64,000 nt of DNA from Stegostoma tigrinum. Taxonomy: Eukaryota. The notes under the pieces are model-generated. The model saw only the letters and a program-made list of their open reading frames with translations, made no database searches and had not been told where the DNA came from. Positions 51,090 through 63,719 of this stretch are shown in pieces. Each line of letters starts with the position of its first letter. Positions within the stretch are counted from its first letter, which is position 1. The stretch is from the NCBI RefSeq assembly GCF_030684315.1, contig NC_081390.1, forward strand, positions 27,327,288 to 27,391,287, written 5' to 3'. A program made the translations under genes and the position numbers.

Positions 51090-54000
51090 CTGAAACCTTG
51101 CATTAAACATTTCTGTTTCAATTTACTTGCTGGAGAAGCTATAGACTTTAATTTTGAACCTGGCAACTGTTGACTTTGCTGTAATTTACTTAGCTCACTA
51201 TTGACCTGACTCTTAAAACAGCTCCTGCAGACCTGATTGATGCAATGTCAAAGACTTGGGCATTTGATGTCTCAAGACAATTTATATTTACAATTTGTGG
51301 CCTTTTTTTTTCTCTGAAATATGACAAAGTTACAGGTGTGGGAAGTTTTGATGAGGAGCTGGGGCGGTTTGGCGGGGGGTGTATAGGGAATAGCAGAATA
51401 GTTTGCTGTACAGCAGTTTATGAATCTGTAATGACCTGGACATGAAACATTTAGGTGTCAAGGATGACAATGATGCTGTGGGGAGGCTGTTTTTAAAGCA
51501 GATATTGTATTAATGGTTAAATGATACCATTGACCTCCATTTCAGTTGATCTGCATGAACATGTTGTGATTGGGAAGACAATTTGGAAAAAAAACTGCTC
51601 ATCCTAATCTAAAATAGCCTTACCAAGTTAAATATGTTTGTTTGCTTGGAGCCATCAGTTTAAGAATATATTTAAGTTAAAATTTTGGAGGCTTAGCTTT
51701 CTAAAATAAGTAATAAAATAACATCCTGCATTACGATGCTTGCTACAGAAATTATACTTGCTGGATCTTCACCAACAGCCTGCTGCTGTTCGACAAATGA
51801 ATGGACATTCAGTCCAATGGATAGATGCAAAAACAGTGAGAGGATAATTGTCCTTCAGGATGGTTTGCCAGAATCCCAGTGAAGCTATCCTGAAAGAAAG
51901 ACTATGGTTTATTTTCCAACTGAACTGGCACGGAGTGTTTTAAAATACAACTCTTCCATCTGTGAGCTGGGAGAGATCCAATATTAAAATCACTTAGTGA
52001 AAAGGGACTCTTGTGTTCCTCACCTACACCATCATTGTGCATGCAGGTCCTTCAAAATTAATGGTTGCTGTGAAACTGCCACTTAGCAACAAATATATTA
52101 CCTTGATAGGTAGTTACCAATTGTGTATTTTCAACTCCATGTATTAATGGTCTCGCGGGTCACGGCACTGACCTTTCACCCCGGTAGATCTGGATTCAAA
52201 ATCTGTCTGCCTCACTGGATGAAAGTTTTCTTTGCCAGTTTCTCTGGCTTTTAATGAACTTTGTTGAATCTTTTAGACAGTTTTGCAACCCAATTCCCCA
52301 CTGGCGCAAGTGCATAGAACAGAACTTTTTGCACTAATTTGACAGCCTCCCTCAGAAAGGTTACAGAAGCAGATGGTGTGGGAATTTAAAGATCCCTCAC
52401 TGATGTGCTGGGCAAACTGTATCCAACTCTGGAGCCATGTTGCTATGCTATGTCCTGGGCACAACGTTCATGTGTGCTGTACACGCGTGAAACAGAGAAA
52501 AATGTTGTCTCATTCGTATTGCCAAATGATACTGAACCCATTTCAGAAAGGGTCAAGATGATTTGAAATTGTTGAGTCCAAATACCAAAAATTCCACACT
52601 TAATTTGTTGGCATTCCTGTCTCTTCGGGTTGTATTTGGCAGTGTCCAATCATCAGTCTTCAGCGAGCTCATTCCCTGTAGCGTTGAGCTTGTGGTTTTA
52701 GATTGTCTGAATTCAATTCTTGCTGCTGCGATCAAGTGGCATTCTTGCCCTGGCCCTATTCACAGAAACCACATGAAACCTGTGACATCCACTTCAAACA
52801 GCAAATCAATTTCTTAAAATGGTAATTTTTACCTTTAGATTATAGGGAAAAAAGGCAAAATCAATGATTCTCATTAAGCCAGATTTTGAAGTTTGTTCTG
52901 GACTTTCGTTAGCATTTCACATGAAATGAGAATATGCTCTGCTGTTTCAAAGCTGCAGTCCTGTGCTAACTTTAAATATCTTCACACATACACATTGAAC
53001 ACACACTGAGTTGGTGGTACGTCTGGAGGTGAGTTTTCCTCTTCATTATCTGCTAACAAAATCCTTTTTGGATGTTGGTAGATGAAGCAAATGGAAGAGG
53101 TTTTCAACTGCTAATGAGAGTTGGTGTTGAGGGTAAATAGCCCTGATTTTTCTGGTTATCTTTACATTGTTGGCAGTGCTTTATAACCAGAGGAAATCTC
53201 CAATGGACCAACACCTGCCACCCCCCCACCCCAATCTTAACACATAAACTGCTGAATCGGTCTCATTGCAGTTACACATGACTTCACTTCTCAGAGCCTG
53301 TTCCCATTCTGTCTATTCTTACATCTGTAAATAGTTTGCTGGTACAGATCATAGTGAACCAGGAACAGAATGATATATTATTTAAGTTGAGGCCTTTTTC
53401 TATGCATTAGATTCATCTGCAGAGTCAGTGACATTATCTGATGGTGAAGTCAGAAATGTCAGCATGGAAGAGGACTGGACAGTCCTGCATTCAATGCTGC
53501 AACCTGCTTCGCATCACAGCTTACCCACTCTGATCTCACTCTGCTTGCTCGTTTCCTAATCTTCCTCAATATTTATCATAGCTGCCATGAATTGTTGCTA
53601 CAAGAATAGTTCTTGCTGAAAATTACAGCACAAATATAACGTAAAACTGGCTACATGACAAAAGTTGAGAACCTGAATAGCTCAAGCCAAGTGTAAAATA
53701 TTATTTGTCAATTGGATCTGCATGTCTTTGCTGGTTTATAAATAACAGGGTGAAATTATAAATGGTATCAATCTAAATGGTTATATCTAGAGTTTCTGTA
53801 CCAGTCAATGTTGCGTGACATCGGAGATGCAGAGTTGAGACCCAGTGCAGTTCCCACTGGGTTAGAGAGCAGGAGTTATGGAGGAGGAGGCACAAAACTC
53901 AGTTGCCTTTTGGAAGTCATACACTCTTATTTATGTTTCATAATTCCATTATAAATTCCATAATCCGTATTTATAATAGAAGTGTCAGTGTGAACTTGTC

Positions 54001-54640
54001 AATTGCGATCAGTCCTGCTAATTGCAGTGCTCTCAGACTTTTAATATAATCATTGATGTAAGTATATACATGGATAATATATCTCATTACACACAACCAT
54101 GAATTACATATTGCCCAGGTCGTTCGGATTTGTAAGTTGCTAAATAAAATCAATTCTGTGTCAAACATGTACTGCTATGTTCAAGTGCAATATATACTGT
54201 TGTTAATAACAAAATGAGGTATAGAGAGTACTCTTATATGTATATGCAAAATTAATTATCGACTGAAGCTCTGAAACTGCATACTAGATAAAATGAACCA
54301 AGAGTTGCACTTTAAATGATTTTATGCATCATACAGCTGTGCCTATGCACCCGGGTTCTACCAAGCCTAATGCAGCATTTATCACTTGTCTGCTTTTGTT
54401 CTTGGAAATTATTGTTACTTTGGGTGGTAAGTGCTGTTATCATTGTGGAGTTACACAGTGACTCGCTGTATCAATGATAACTCCCGGCAAGTGGCTCCTA
54501 CTTTAATCAGGAGGCTGGCTAAATTCCGTTTCTCCATTGTTGCACTTGTCCTGATCGCTCTGCTCAAGATTGAGATCAGAATTGCGGGTCTAAATGTGGA
54601 AGGGTGGTAATAAAATTATCGTACTTATATGCTGTAGTAT
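51090..54640 (+). other. Putative long 3' UTR with several polyadenylation signals
   Basis: Follows the stop codon and is largely free of recognisable young repeats until about 54765. ATTAAA at 51102; AATAAA at 51712, 54143 and 54609. Confidence 0.5.
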
Positions 54641-54764
54641 TTTAATTCTTGTGAAGCATAAGCTTACTTCACATCTGTGTGAGAGTTCCATTTCAAAGCC
54701 ATTATTAAAACAAACGAACCATTAATTGGTGCAACAACTTGACCATGACCAGGAAAGATTTATT

Positions 54765-54895
54765 TATAAAAACCGAAAGGTGCTGTAAATCAGGAACAAA
54801 AGTCGAAATTATGCTAGAAAAGCTCAGCAGGTCTGGCAGCATCTGTGGAGAGAAATCAGAGTAAATTTTCAAGTTGAGTGATCCTTCCTCAGAAC
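54765..54895 (-). mobile_element. Short PLE-terminal-repeat-derived element
   Basis: aaaagctcagcaggtctggcagcatctgtggagagaaatcagag...gatccttcctcagaac. Confidence 0.75.
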
Positions 54896-56143
54896 TTGTG
54901 TTTGATGCAAATTGCAGAAGTGTTCTTGATAAAAGCAACAGAGAATCTTTCCTCAGATCTTGCTGTCAAAATTCAATCTGCTTTGGTAATAATCCCAAAC
55001 TGACTGTGGGAGTTCATCATTGTTGCAGATGGCTCCCTCTCAAGCACTTTTCCAATGTTCTGTCTGCTTGTCCCAATCTCCCAACCAAAATTACTTTGCC
55101 AACACCACAAAAGAAAGATTTTCCCGTCATTTATCTCATTGTTCTTTATGAGACCTTGCTTTAAGTGGAATGGATGGCTGAGTTTCCAAATAATTTGTTG
55201 TAATGTGAAGAGCTTTGGAGTGTTTTCGGAGAGAAATCCTAATGTGTCATATAAATGCAAGCTTTTCGTCAGACAGTTAGATATCTAAATGAGAACTGTG
55301 CCCACAGTAAGTATCCTTGTTCGAATGACAAGATTATTTGATTTGATAAAACAAACTACAGGGTTGAGATGAGAATGATTTAGATTTCTGATAGTGTTCA
55401 AATTGAATTTATTCTAATACTGTCTGCCAGAAATGGTACAGCTTTGATCCTGTCTGTCTGTTTGTACTGTTTACCGGAGCTTTTAGTCAGCTTGAAAGAT
55501 TAATCAGAGGGCTTCTTTGGAAAAAAATCAAATTACTGTGAATTCGTGAATTTTTTTCCGAGTTTTATCTTTCACATTGTACGTTAGGGCAGTCATGGGC
55601 ATTTTCAGTGTCAGCAAATTTATAGATTCCATGGAAATCCAATCCTGGAATTACATTTTCCATCTCTTATCCCGTTTTGTCTTCTTTTCGCAGGAGTGAA
55701 TAGAGATAAAACAATACTGAACTATACTCTGTATCTCCTAACAAAGCAGAAAACATAAAATTTATCTCAAAAATGCGAAATGTGAAATGAAGCCTTTTTT
55801 GAACACTGTTAAAGAAATTGGTCCCTCTCAACCCTCCTCCCCCCAATTAAAAAAAAGTTCCACACATTAGCTCCAAGTTAGAGCTTGCAGTTAGAGTCAG
55901 AGTCACAGAGCACAGAAACAGACCCTTCAGCCCAACTCATCCATGCTGATCAGGTTTCCCAACCTGAACTCATCCCATTTGCCTGCTTTTGGCCCCGATC
56001 CCTCTAAATCTTTCCTAGTCATGTACCTGTCAAAAGGTCTTTTAATGGTTATTGTTCTCTGATGGAGAACGAGTGAAACAACCTGATTGAGATTGGCATT
56101 CTCAACTCAGATATTAGGTAACTGCTGACCTTGGTGTACAGTA

Positions 56144-56145
<2 letters not shown>

Positions 56146-56197
<52 letters not shown>

Positions 56198-56257
56198 TTT
56201 GCTCATGTCCCAGTGCGTAGGCACCTCTGTCTGCCTGACTGTGTACTTATGACTGGC

Positions 56258-56291
<34 letters not shown>

Positions 56292-56645
56292 CGCGCGCCT
56301 ATCTGTGAATGAGTGTGCATGTAGGTCCCTGTGACATTGAGTGTGTATATATGAGTATTTGCCTAAGTGCCTGTGTGTCTATGAGCGCTTGTCCCGCTGA
56401 GCTTGTCTGACTGAGTGTGTTTGTCTTACCTGTGTCTTTGTCTCTCAGTGCGTGTGTCTGTCTGTGATTGTGCATGTCTGTCTTACCTGTCTGTGATGAT
56501 GTGTCAATCTGTATGTGTCTGCAAGCGCATCTGTCTGTCTGTCTGTGCGTGTGTCTGACCATGAGCGTATCTGAGAATGTCTGTATGTTTTACCTCTGTG
56601 TGTGTCTGAGAATGTGCACAAGCCTGACTACGAGTATGTGTGTAC
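56146..56645. repeat. (GT)n microsatellites, a (GC)n run and a degenerate TG-rich low-complexity tract
   Basis: (GT)n at about 56147-56194 and 56259-56282, (GC)n to about 56298, then gtgt/gtct-rich sequence. Confidence 0.95.
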
Positions 56646-57493
56646 ACTGCGACATTTTGATATGGGGGAGATTCCTGTGTTTTGTGCTATGTTTGGCAGT
56701 GTTTGGATTTTCTTGATTTGTGCCCTCGAATTCTGGGTGGAGAATGAGCAGTCCCAATAAGGTAAGTTTATCCCTGGCAATTAACAATATTTACAAAAGT
56801 TAATCTGCTCCAACCAGGAAATGAAAGATTCATTAATTCTGGCCTGAAAATACAAAGTAAACAGTTTGTCAACTATATATTTAACTGGCTAATTACAGGC
56901 TCATCTGATAAAGGAGCCTGTACAGAAAACAGCAGGAGGTTCATTACTGCCTGCTTTTCACTGCATTGCCTGATACCCATCACTTTCAGCCTGCCTCCCA
57001 CCCTCCCTTCTCCACTATATCGTCTCCAGCTCTTCATTTCCCCCCTTTCCCACTGTCCCTCCTGTTTTAACAGTGTAACTGTGTTAGCACTGCCAGGGTT
57101 CTCAATTGGGATGAATAAACAATATTGTTGGCACCACACTGCAACCCTGCTCCCCTGTCTTTCCAAGAGAATTAGCTTTGGGGAGACCGGCTGTTTCTGG
57201 TGTTGGTTGTAAACTGGCTCCAAATCCTAAGCTGAGACTCACCAGCTGGTGAAGAAACAGTTAGATGGACGACTTCTCTCATTGTGCCAACATACTCTAA
57301 CCTTGCAGAGCCCCAGGTTCCACACTTACACTCGGGTTTCCTATGGCTCCATTCTGTGCAGAGTCTCAAGACCATAACCAGGATCTTAACAGAGGCAATT
57401 TCAGGTGACAGGTGAGTCTGAATCCATAGAAGGAGCTGGAAAAGTGATTATAGTTCAATCCTGTGTATTTCTGTGCAGCTTATGGTATGGAGA

Positions 57494-57797
57494 TCATCGA
57501 ATCATCAAATCATTACAATGTAGAAGCAGGCCATTTGGCCCATCAGGTTTACACTGGTTCTCCAAAGAGCACCCGATCCAGACACTCACCCCCATCCTAT
57601 CCTGTCCTATAACCCGGCACTTCCCATGGCCTCTCCACCCAAACCTCTGCTTCTTTGGCCTATGGGAGGAAATCGGTGGAAACCGTGCAGTCATAGGGAG
57701 AATGTGCAAACTCCACACAGTCACCCAAGGTAGAATCGAACCCCGGTTGTTGATGCTGTGAGGCTCCAATTCTAACCACTGAGCCCCTGTGCCACCC
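57494..57797 (-). mobile_element. tRNA-derived SINE, HE1/V-SINE type
   Basis: gggagaatgtgcaaactccacacagtcacccaagg...gctgtgagg...taaccactgagc. Confidence 0.85.
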
Positions 57798-58589
57798 TGA
57801 TGTTACTTAACCATCCCAAGGTATGTGTTTGACCCACTTAGACCACCTCCATTCAGATCTTTTAAGCCCTAACAACATCCCACTGCAATGAGACATTTGA
57901 CAGAATCCAGTGTGTAATCCAGAAAATGAAAGGCATTCAGATTTAAGTGGGATATGAGTAGTGATTCGACAGACAGGGTACGTATCAGATCTTGCTGCTA
58001 CCATTTAAATTTTCAATTTTGAGTTGCTATAGATTGAAACACAAGTATTTGTGAAGTTATATCTTTTGTTTCAGTGATGTCACAGTCACAAAATGGACTG
58101 AATCCTTTCTTAATACTGCACATCTGTTCAGTGCAAACACACTGTGGCTGGAAAGACCATTCCAAGTGATCTTAATCCTGTGATGGGTTACAAATGCATT
58201 TCAAGATAGGCTCCGTGTTGGTTGGGAGATGGATGGAGTCACTGGTCTCTGCTCAAAGTGCCAAGTTCCAACTTGTTGTATAGACTTGTGGAAATCTAGA
58301 AAGGAAGGCTTAGATTTATATGGTGCCTGTCGTGACCTCAGGAGGTTCCAATATGCCTTACAGCCAGTGGTATATTTTTGAAGTGACATTGTAGTAAAAG
58401 AGGAAATATACCTGGGAATGTACAAGATTAGATTGAAACATAAACGAGATTGAGAACAAAGGTCACTGAATGAGTTGAAACTATTCCACTGGGTGTATTG
58501 TTAGATCTTGCTTCTTTCTGGTCCCCCGTAATAGAGCAAATTGCGATGAAAGGCAGCGGAATTAAGGTGCCAAAGTAAGCATCTTTGCC

Positions 58590-59090
58590 TTTTCAACCTA
58601 CTGCACTATCCAATAAGATTATGGCTGATCTGATTTTAACCTCAGCTCCATACTTGCCTACCCCTGATAACCCCCGCCATTTTGTCGATCAAGAATCTAC
58701 TTCTGCCTTAAAAATATTCATACATTCTACTTCCCTTTCTTTTCAGAAAGCGTGTTCCAAAGGGACTGAACCCTCAGATGGAAGTAAGTTCTCCTTAGCT
58801 CTTTCTAAAATTGACCACCGTTTATTTTTAAACAGTGACCCCTAGTTCTAGATTGTCCCACCAGAGGAAGCATACTTTATAAATTCATCTATTCAGGACT
58901 CTGGATCTTATATGTTTTAATCAAGTCACCTCTCTCTTTTCCTTTCCTGAAAGAATTATATGTCCATTCCAAGTATTCGTCCAATAAACTTTTGAATTGA
59001 CTTCAACATATTTATGCCCTGTCTTAAATAGGAAGACCAAATTGCTCTGACCAAGCCAAATAAATGTGGTCTCACTAATGCCCTGTGTAA
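58590..59090 (-). mobile_element. Degraded CR1 LINE 3' fragment
   Basis: caataagattatggctgatctg, gtgacccctagttctagatt, tttaatcaagtcacctct. Confidence 0.75.
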
Positions 59091-59536
59091 TTTCATTTTA
59101 TTCATCCATCAGATGTTGGCGTCACCGGCTGGTCCAGTATTTATTACCTGTCCCCGGTTGCCCTAAGTTTCTAAGTCAGGATGGTATGACTTTTGAGCGG
59201 AACTAGTAGGAGGCAGTGTTCCCATGTATCTGCTACTCTTGTCATCCTGGATGGAAGTGGTGATGGGTTTAGAAGTTACTGTCTAAGTAGCCTTGATGAA
59301 TTTGGGCAGTGCATTGTGTAGATAGCACACGATGTGATTATTGTGCATTGGTGGTAAAGGGAATGTTTGAGAATGTGGTGCCAATGATACAGGCTGCTTC
59401 GTCTGAATGGTGTCAAATGTTGTTGGAGCTGCCCTCATCCAGACAAATGAGTATTTACTCACACTTGAGTTCTGCCTTGCATACGGTGGAAGCAGGAGGT
59501 TGGTTACTTTCTGTAGGATTCCTAGCCCCTAACCTT

Positions 59537-59600
59537 AGAGCATAGAACATAGAAAAGTACAGCACAGTACAGGCCCTTCGGCCCACGATGTTGTGCTGTG
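59537..59600 (-). mobile_element. Very short CR1 3' end
   Basis: agagcatagaacatagaaaagtacagcacagtacaggcccttcggcccacgatgttgtgc. Confidence 0.8.
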
Positions 59601-60374
59601 GAATAATCCTAATCCAAAAATAAAATAACCTAACCCACATTCCCCTCAATTCATGTGCATGTCCAGCAGTCACGGTATTTGTGTGGCTTTTCCAGTTCAC
59701 TTTCTGGTCAATGGTAACCCCCATGCTGTTGATGGTGGGGTTTCAGCAGTAGTAATGACATTGAATGTCATGGAGTGGTGATTAGATTTTCTTGTATTGA
59801 AGATGATCATTGCCTGACACTTGCGGATGTTACTTCCACTGATGCATGTTGTCCAGATCTTGTTGCATTTGAACATGAGCTGCTTCGGTATCTGATGCTG
59901 AAAACACATTGCACAGTCATTGACAAACATCCCCACTTCTGAACTTAAAATGGATGGTAAGTCACTGATGAAGCAGCTGAAGATGATTGGGCCAAGCACA
60001 CTACCCTGAGGAACTGCTGGAGAGCAGTCCTGGAGATGAGATGACTGACCTCCAACAACTACAACCATCTTCCTACGTGTCAGGCTAATACTCAACCAGC
60101 AGCTTCCCTCCTTCGATTTCTGTTGACTGCAGGTTTGCTAGGGCTCCTTGATGCCTTACTTGTTCAAATGCCACCTTGCAGTCTGTCATCTCCCCTCATG
60201 GAATTCAGCTGTTTTATCCATGTTTCCACCAACAATTTGTCATGTGGTGGAACCCGAATTGGGCAGATCCTGCTTGATAGCACTGTTGATGACATCTTCC
60301 AACACTTTACTGATGATCAAAAGCAGACTGCTTGGGTGGTTTACGGTTCTTGCGAAGATTTGTAGCTTGGGTTG

Positions 60375-60765
60375 TGGATGAGGTTACTGGCTGGTTATTG
60401 TACAATTGTTTCATCACACAAACCCACAGCCACACTACGATAAACACTCACAAGGACCAAAGACCCTGTACCCACGACATGTCGGACCAACGTAGCTTAC
60501 AAAATGACTGCAACAAACATTATATTGGCCAGACTGGAAGGAAACTAGCTATCACGTGAACATCGACTAGCAGCAAAATCACACAATGAACTTTCCCTCA
60601 TCTCTGTACAATTGGACAATGAAGACCATCAATTTAACGGGGAAAATGTGACCATCCTAGCTCTAGCCAACCACAGACGCACATGGGAATTCCCAGAGAC
60701 CTGATTTTCAATATGTGATGCAAACAACAAACCTGTGGAATTAGACCCCACATATGCCTGTACAA
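60375..60765 (+). mobile_element. Degraded Penelope-like GIY-YIG fragment
   Basis: Encodes DCNKHYIGQTGRKLA; similar to 10090-10440. Confidence 0.8.
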
Positions 60766-62008
60766 TAACCAGCCAGCTCGACAAGCAAGCCAACAACCTC
60801 ATGACTGGGCAGTAATTGGCTGGGTTGAATTTGTCCTGCTTTATATGTACAGGGTATACCTCAGCAATTTTCCACACTGTTGGGCAGATGCCAGTATTGC
60901 AACTGTGCTGAGACAGCTTGGCTAGGGGAATGACAGGGTCTGAAACACAAACCTTCAGTCTGATTGCTGCGATGTTGTCAGGCCCCACAATCTTTGCAAT
61001 ATCCAGTGACTTTAGCTATTTATTGATATCACATGGGGTGAATCAAATTGGCTAAAGACGAGAATCTGTGATGCTGGGGGGTTCTGGAAAAGACTGGGAT
61101 GAATCATCTGCATGGCACTCATGGCCGAAGATGTTTGTAAATAAGACGATAAGATGCAGGAGCAAATGTAGTTCCCTTCCAGGTTAAAAATCTGCTTATC
61201 TCAGCCTTGAGATATTTAGTGACCCAGCTTTGAAAGTCCTCTGCAGTAAAGGATCCCACAGATTGACTATCCTCTGAATGTCAAAAACATCCTCCTTCTC
61301 TCTTTCTTAGGTGGGCCACCCCTTAATCTGAGATCCTGACCTCTTGTCCTAGAAATGTCTAGAAGGGAAAATAGCTTTTCTTCATTTGCCCTTTCACGCC
61401 CTGCATGAATCTTAATAATGTTTTCCCTCTTGTTGGTTCCTTCATCAAAGGCTGCAGCAGCATTTGAGCAGCTGTGTCCTTTAGGATCCAACCACCTTGG
61501 TCAGTACTGCTACCGCAGAGCCACTCTTGTTGGTGAACATTGAAATCTTCCACCCAGGGTACATTTTGTGCCTTTGCCACCCTCAGTTCCTCCTCCATAC
61601 GTTGCACTGTTTCAGCAGCCAAGAGAGGACGGTATGTGGTAAATCAGCAGGAGATTTCCTTGCCCATCTTTAACCTGAAGCCATGAGACTTCATGGAGAT
61701 CAGAATAAATAAGGCAGCTCCCTCCCTGCTGTGCTGCCCCTTCTGCTGGGTCAGTCCTGCCTGTGGAACTTGTCTGTATGGTATGACTCTGTGAATGTGA
61801 CTGTGCCAAGCTGTTGCTTTGTTAGCCTGTGGGTCAGTTCTCCCACTGTTGGCACTAGACCCCAGATAGTAGGGGGGCTTTGCTGTTCAACATGCCTGTG
61901 TTTGCCATTGTTGTTTCATTGATTTGAGTCCACACCGACCCTCTGGAGAGCGTCCTGTCCAGACCCACCCCCCACCCTACACATATAACCCTACATTTAC
62001 CGTGGTTA

Positions 62009-63498
62009 ATGGCATGGGATTCAGGGAAATCTGGCTGTCTGGATACAGAATTGGTTGTCCAATAGAAGACAGTGTGGTAGTAGATGGAAAATATTCAGCC
62101 TGGAGTTCAGTGACCAGTGGTGTTCCGCAGGGATCTGTTCTGGGAGCTCTGCTCTTTGTGATCTTTATAAATGACTTGGATGAGGAAGTGGAAGGGTGGG
62201 TTAGTAGTTTGCTGATGACACGAAGGTTGTTGGAGTGTGGACAGTGTGAAGGGCTGTTGTAGGTTGCAACAGGACATTGACAGGATGCAGAGTTGGGCAA
62301 AAAAGTGGCAGATGGAATTCAACCTGAAAAAGTCAAAGTGATTCATTTGTGAAGGTCAAATTTGATTGCAGAATACAGGGTTAATGGCAGGATTCTTGGC
62401 AGTGTGGAGGAACAGAGGGATCTGGAGATCCACGTTCATAGATCCATCAAAGTCGCTACCCAAGTTGATAGGGTTGTATGGGCGGCATGCTGGCACAGTA
62501 GTTAGCACTGCAGCCTCACAGCACCAGGGACCCAGGTTCGATTCTAGCCTCGGTTGTCTGTGTGGAGTTTGCACATTTTCCCCGTGCCTGTGTGTTTCCT
62601 CCGGGTGCTCCGGTTTCCTCCCACAGTCCAACGATGTGCAGGTTAGGTGGCTTGGCCATGCTAAATTGCCAGTAGTGTTCAGGGATGCGTAGATTAGGTA
62701 GGTTATAGGGGGATGGGTCTGGATGGGATGCACTGAGGCTCGGTGGGGACTTGTTGGGCCAAAGGGCCTGTTTCCACACTAGGGATTTTATTTTATCTGT
62801 AAAGAAGGTATATAGTGTTTTGGAGATGATAGGAACTGGAGATGCTGGAGCATCCAAGATAACAAGGTGTGGAGCTGGATGAACACAGCAGGCCAAGCAG
62901 CATCTTAGGCTTTTATTGGCAGGGGAATTGCGTTTAAGAGCAGTGAGGTTATGCCGTAGCTTTATAAAACCCTGGTTAGACCACACTTGGAATACTGTGT
63001 TCAGTTCTGGTCACCTCATTACAGGAAAGATGTGGAAGCTTTACAGAGGGTGCAGAGGTGATTTACCAGGATGCTGCCTGAACTGGAGGGCAGGTCTTAC
63101 GAGGAAAGGTTGAGGGAGCTTGGGCTTTTCTCATTGGAGCAAAGAAGGATGAGAGGTGACATGTTAGAGATTTACAAGATGATGAGAGGCATAGACAGAC
63201 TGGATAGCCAGAGACTTTTTCCCAGGGCTGAAATAACTATTATGAGGGGGCATAATTTTAAGATGATTGGAGGAAAGTGTAGGGGAGATTTCAGAGGTGG
63301 GTTTTTTACGCAGAGATTGGTGGATGCATGGAATGCACTGCTGGCAGTGGTAGTGAAGTCAGCTACATTAGGGACATTTAAGCAACTCTTTGATAGGCAC
63401 AGGGATGTGGGGTATACAGGGTAGTTTGATAATAAAGTAGGATAATAGGTCGGCACATCATTTTGGGCCGAAGGGCCTGTACTGTTCAATGCTCAATG
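62009..63498 (+). mobile_element. CR1 LINE 3' part, frameshifted, interrupted by a SINE and a PLE-derived piece (about 62825-62905)
   Basis: [32 protein letters not shown]; MLPELEGRSYEERLRELGLFSLE; 3' ggtcggcac...gggccgaagggcctgtactg. Confidence 0.9.
62480..62795 (+). mobile_element. tRNA-derived SINE, HE1/V-SINE type, nested in CR1
   Basis: gggcggcatgctggcacagtagttagcactgc (A box), ggttcgattc (B box), then the V-domain. Confidence 0.88.
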
Positions 63499-63507
63499 TT
63501 AATCCAC

Positions 63508-63719
63508 TTGGCCTGCATATCCCTGACACTGTGGGCAATTTAGAAAGGTCAATCCACCTAACCTATACATCTTTGGGCTGTGGGAAGAAACCAGAGCACC
63601 CGGAGGAAACCCACACAGACACAGGGAGAATGTGCAAACTCCACACAGTCACCTGAAGGTGGAATTTAACCTGGCTCCCTGGTGTTGTGAGGCAACAGTG
63701 TTAACCACTGAGCCACTGT
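63508..63719 (-). mobile_element. tRNA-derived SINE, HE1/V-SINE type
   Basis: ccagagcacccggaggaaacccacacagacacagggagaatgtgcaaactccacacag. Confidence 0.85.

Larger units (their letters stand above)
59100..61900 (-). mobile_element. Fragmented old CR1/L2-group LINE, with several nested insertions
   Basis: ORF pieces [21 protein letters not shown] (59697..60095), GPDNIAA...PTVWKIA...NPANYCP (60629..60988) and EDFNVHQQEWL (61359..61622). Confidence 0.8.

Noticed and set aside
56114-56787. His/Thr-rich and Cys/Val-rich ORFs
   Set aside because: Translations of the (GT)n low-complexity tract.
62480-62550. tRNA gene
   Set aside because: The A/B boxes continue straight into the SINE body shared by five copies; it is a SINE head.
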